A stretch of DNA of 64,000 bases from positions 29,733 to 93,732 of the forward strand of contig JALGVJ010000016.1 in the NCBI GenBank assembly GCA_029838195.1. The letters are read 5' to 3'. Source of the stretch: Promethearchaeota archaeon (GTDB taxonomy: Archaea; Asgardarchaeota; Lokiarchaeia; Sigyniarchaeales; SOKP01). Positions 61,030 to 64,000 of this stretch are shown here, in pieces. The notes beneath the pieces are model-generated. The model was not told the DNA's origin. It made no database searches and saw only the letters and a program-made list of their open reading frames with translations. Within the stretch, counting starts at the first letter, position 1, and each line of letters opens with the position of its first letter. A program made the position numbers and the translations under genes.

Positions 61030-62367
61030 TTGTTTCGGTTAGATGGAATGAAAGAGAAAAATAATACTTTTTATATTGAGACTTACGGCTGTACCTCAAA
61101 TCAAGCAGATTCAAAAATAATTTCCCAAATTTTAATGGATGCTGGATATAAGAAAGCGGATATTGAAAATGCTAATTTTATAATAATTAACACGTGTGGG
61201 GTAAAGCAGCAAACAGAGAATAAAATTAAACGAAGATTAAGAGAATTGCATGAGCTTTATAAGAATAATAAACATAAACACGTGATCATTGCTGGTTGTT
61301 TGCCTCATATTGCTCCAGATTACCTCGAACTCGTGCGAAAAATCATTCCTAGTCATGCGGCTATTTTGGGTTTAAATACATTTCAAGAGATTCCTTCACT
61401 CTTTGAACAAATCAAGCAAGGTAATAGAAATATATTCGTGAAATCAAACAAGAAAATCGATAAGGCTCGATTTCTCATCAAGCATTCTCACGATACAGTG
61501 ACAGGAATAATACCCATATCTGAAGGCTGTTTAGGAAATTGCACGTATTGTTGCGTGAAAAATGCTCGCGGACATCTTAAATGCTATGATCCTGGAAAAA
61601 TAGTGGAAAATGTAAAGTCTCAATTAAATCAAGGAATCAAGGAAATACTTTTGACTTCGCAAGATTGCAGCGTATATAAATATCGAAATACTGATTTAAA
61701 AGATTTAATCATTAGAATATCACGTTTAGACCATGAATTCTTTTTAAGAATAGGAATGATAAATCCCGCCTTTCTCATTAATAATTTCGAACAATTACTC
61801 ACCATTTTTAAATCAGATAAAGTATATCAATTCCTACATCTTCCCATTCAGGCCGGGAGTGATAAGATTTTAAAAAAAATGAAAAGGCCTTATACAATAA
61901 CTACTCTTCTTGATAAAATAGACCTTCTGCGAAAAGAATTTCCTTTTCTTACTTTTTCTACAGATATCATATGTGGATTTCCGGGTGAAACAGAACATGA
62001 TTTTTACAAGACAATTAATGTAATAAAATGGCTCCGACCCGAAATTATAAATATTTCAAAATTTACCCCCCGTCCCAATACTGAAGCTAAAAATATGGAA
62101 CAAGTGGATTCTAAAATAATAAAAGAGCGCTCAAAAAGATTATCTGCCGTATTTCGAATTTATTTGGAGCACTTGAATGATAAATGGAAGGGTTGGAAAG
62201 GAAAAATGCTCTGTTTATATCATGATGAGAAAAACCATTATACTTTTGGCAGAAATTTCGCGTATAAAAACATCCTTTTACCCAATATCAAGATACATCC
62301 CGGCACCTTCATTAAGGTATCGATTCAAGAAGTTGATGGAGCAAATCTAATCGGAACACCATATTGA
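61030..62367 (+). CDS. mtaB: Radical-SAM tRNA methylthiotransferase, archaeal MtaB/CDKAL1 type (true start probably ATG near 61048)
   Basis: ETYGCTSNQADS, NTCGVK, AGC, GCLGNCTYC, LRIGMINP, HLPIQAGS, TDIICGFPGET, C-terminal TRAM domain. Confidence 0.88.
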   Translation: MFRLDGMKEKNNTFYIETYGCTSNQADSKIISQILMDAGYKKADIENANFIIINTCGVKQQTENKIKRRLRELHELYKNNKHKHVIIAGCLPHIAPDYLELVRKIIPSHAAILGLNTFQEIPSLFEQIKQGNRNIFVKSNKKIDKARFLIKHSHDTVTGIIPISEGCLGNCTYCCVKNARGHLKCYDPGKIVENVKSQLNQGIKEILLTSQDCSVYKYRNTDLKDLIIRISRLDHEFFLRIGMINPAFLINNFEQLLTIFKSDKVYQFLHLPIQAGSDKILKKMKRPYTITTLLDKIDLLRKEFPFLTFSTDIICGFPGETEHDFYKTINVIKWLRPEIINISKFTPRPNTEAKNMEQVDSKIIKERSKRLSAVFRIYLEHLNDKWKGWKGKMLCLYHDEKNHYTFGRNFAYKNILLPNIKIHPGTFIKVSIQEVDGANLIGTPY

Positions 62368-62535
62368 TAACCTATAGTTCTATATTCAAAATGGACTCAA
62401 TTGTTTTAAAAAAATTTTAGGAAAGCACTTAAGGGAATTTTTGATGTATCCACTCTAATCAATAAAGAAACAATTTCTTTAATGACATAAAATATGTTTC
62501 AGCTCAAATAAGAGAAAAAAAATAAAGGAAAAAAT

Positions 62536-62603
62536 GTTGGTTATCCTGCGCAAGGCAGTCCCATTCAATCTCTTTTTTTATTGAATGTTCATCCTAAACC
62601 AAC
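62536..62603 (-). promoter_or_regulatory. Eukaryote-like SECIS element of vhuU, overlapping the stop codon
   Basis: GUUGGUU-UAGG-AUGAA-CAUUCAAU-AAAAAAAGAG-AUUGAAUG-GGAC-UG-CCUUGCGCAGG-AU-AACCAAC: AUGA/GA core, perfect 8-bp stem, A-rich loop, 7-bp lower stem. Confidence 0.8.
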
Positions 62604-62741
62604 GTTTAACTTGCGAGAGTAAATCTCTTTACCATCTTCATCAACCACGGTGATGTGAGCAGCACACGATAGTCAGCAGTCAAAACAACGAACGACCATT
62701 TCTAAGAGATTTACTACTCCTTCCGGGACCTCTTCACTCAT
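62589..62741 (-). CDS. vhuU: Selenocysteine-containing [NiFeSe]-hydrogenase small peptide VhuU (50 aa, Sec23)
   Basis: MSEEVPEGVVNLLEMVVRCFDC-U-LSCAAHITVVDEDGKEIYSRKLNVGLG; in-frame TGA at 62673-62675 sits in the L2 Ni-binding motif (D-x-[C/U]-x-x-C-x-x-H); the upstream large subunit lacks this motif. Confidence 0.92.
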
Positions 62742-62818
62742 GTAATAATTCCTTTTTTAAGTATTTAATTGTTCAATAATTTATAAATAAATAGAATTAA
62801 TTGTTATTTTTCTAAAGT

Positions 62819-63706
62819 TTATTCTAATTTATAGGCATCCAAGAAATTCTTCAATCGCGTGCGGTGAAATTTCATTCCAAGCTCTTCAGATTTGAAGCCA
62901 AATGCTAATGCGAACAATTCAGTCAAATATAATATGGGAATGTTATATTGTTGTCCAAATAATTTTGCAAGGGTTTTTTGATTCGTGTCCATTTGCTGAA
63001 AGCACGCCGGACAGATCACCACAAAAATCTCGGCGCCAGCTTTTAATGCACTATCAAATTTATTCTTTAAGATCTGCATGGAAGGTTCTTCTTCGGTATT
63101 TCCTACTCCCGCCCCACAACATAATACTTCTTCTTCATAATCTATAGGTATTGCCCCCGTGGCGGTTACTAATTCTCTTAACTTTTTTGGTTTCAAGGGA
63201 TCATCCGTTTGCATGAGTTCAGATGGTCTGTTATAGTGGCACCCCGTATGACACGCCACCTTGAGACCTGATAATTCATGAACTACATGTTTTTTTATTT
63301 CATCGACCCCCAATTCATGAAGTACTTCTACAAAATGCTTCACGTTAATGGTCCCCTTGAATTCCCTATTAATGGTCTTTAGAATATTATTAATTTTTTC
63401 CTTTTCATGCTCGTCTCGTTGTAATTCTACATTCACAACCTTGAGAGTCTGAAAACACCCATTGCACAATGAAACAATATCCTTCCCTTCTTGCTCTGCA
63501 ATGGTTAAATTCCGGGCAGCTATTGCCAACCAGCTTTCATGATCAACTGAATTAAATCCGACAGGATCCGGACAGCAAGAAAAAGGCCCCTCAACAGTTT
63601 TAATTCCCAATTTTTCAAATACCTTTCTTGCTGATGCCTCAATAAAGGGTATTCGATTTCCAATGGTACACCCTTCAAACATTAAATATTCTTGAGCTTT
63701 TGCCAC
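62819..63706 (-). CDS. hdrB: Heterodisulfide reductase subunit B
   Basis: EGCTI, FSCCPDP, AARNL, LCNGC, HTGCHYNRP, LCCGAG, ICPACFQQMD. Confidence 0.93.
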   Translation of the reverse strand: MAKAQEYLMFEGCTIGNRIPFIEASARKVFEKLGIKTVEGPFSCCPDPVGFNSVDHESWLAIAARNLTIAEQEGKDIVSLCNGCFQTLKVVNVELQRDEHEKEKINNILKTINREFKGTINVKHFVEVLHELGVDEIKKHVVHELSGLKVACHTGCHYNRPSELMQTDDPLKPKKLRELVTATGAIPIDYEEEVLCCGAGVGNTEEEPSMQILKNKFDSALKAGAEIFVVICPACFQQMDTNQKTLAKLFGQQYNIPILYLTELFALAFGFKSEELGMKFHRTRLKNFLDAYKLE

Positions 63707-63756
63707 TTTATACCACCAATTATTTTTTAAAAAAATTAATTAGATTAATTTAAGAT

Positions 63757-63999
63757 TTATTTAATCCAAGGGTCAGGTAATTTTAACCCTTCCAAGACCT
63801 TATCTTCAAAGATTTGCTTCGCCACGTGCATGAGAGTCTTCTCGATTCCCGCAATGTTGTGATTCGTTGCCACCAGGAGATTCAATTTCTTGCACATGCC
63901 GTCGGCATCGGACCAGATGTTGTAGAGCAAGATACCTCTCGGAGCTTCCACCATGCCCACGCCATTACCTTCCCGCGGCTCCACGTCCAGTGTCTTGCA
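63757..63999 (-). CDS. vhuA: F420-non-reducing [NiFe]-hydrogenase large subunit, C-terminal part (continues beyond the window)
   Basis: GVGMVEAPRGILLY...LNLLVATNHN; ends without the C-terminal DPCxxC, consistent with the split VhuA/VhuU type. Confidence 0.85.
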   Translation of the reverse strand, partial: CKTLDVEPREGNGVGMVEAPRGILLYNIWSDADGMCKKLNLLVATNHNIAGIEKTLMHVAKQIFEDKVLEGLKLPDPWIK

Positions 64000-64000
64000 A

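Noticed and set aside
288-63147. Many short (about 60-150 aa) ORFs in the track that overlap larger genes (e.g. 288-509, 5253-5668, 23292-23747, 36955-37398, 44279-44599, 49233-49997)
   Set aside because: Antisense or alternate-frame shadows of well-supported CDSs, with no motifs.
1-64000. CRISPR array, rRNA, tRNA, provirus
   Set aside because: No regularly spaced repeats, no recognisable stable-RNA genes, and no viral hallmark or integrase genes were seen.

Overview
AT-rich archaeal chromosomal segment, most consistent with an Asgard archaeon of the Lokiarchaeia/Promethearchaeota group. This is inferred from two Rab-like small GTPases, an adaptin mu-homology-like protein, stand-alone SCP2 proteins, and a selenocysteine-containing hydrogenase peptide with a eukaryote-like SECIS. 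Most of the window is anaerobic heterotrophic metabolism: sucCD, korDABC, gdh, rocD, thiolase, 2-hydroxyacyl-CoA dehydratase subunits, sulfatases and MBL hydrolases, CCG Fe-S proteins, class II RNR, tRNA methylthiotransferase and Vhu/Hdr. It also holds one intact IS66-family element, a HEPN-MNT pair and several decayed genes. The main features missing from the ORF track are (1) the 50-aa selenoprotein gene vhuU (62589-62741, -), whose own stop codon is the AUGA core of a SECIS-like hairpin, and (2) a second element of the same architecture at 46100-46147 (+). The second element shares an extra CCUUGCG(C)AGG hairpin with the first, but lies behind an unannotated 36-aa zinc-ribbon ORF ending TGA-TAA-TAG, not behind a known selenoprotein. 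Also notable are an operon of three membrane-anchored left-handed beta-helix paralogues resembling a split epsilon-poly-L-lysine synthetase C1-C2-C3 module, and a nearby mu-homology/Ig-like protein. No rRNA, tRNA or CRISPR array was seen. All family assignments come from motif recognition by eye; no searches were run.
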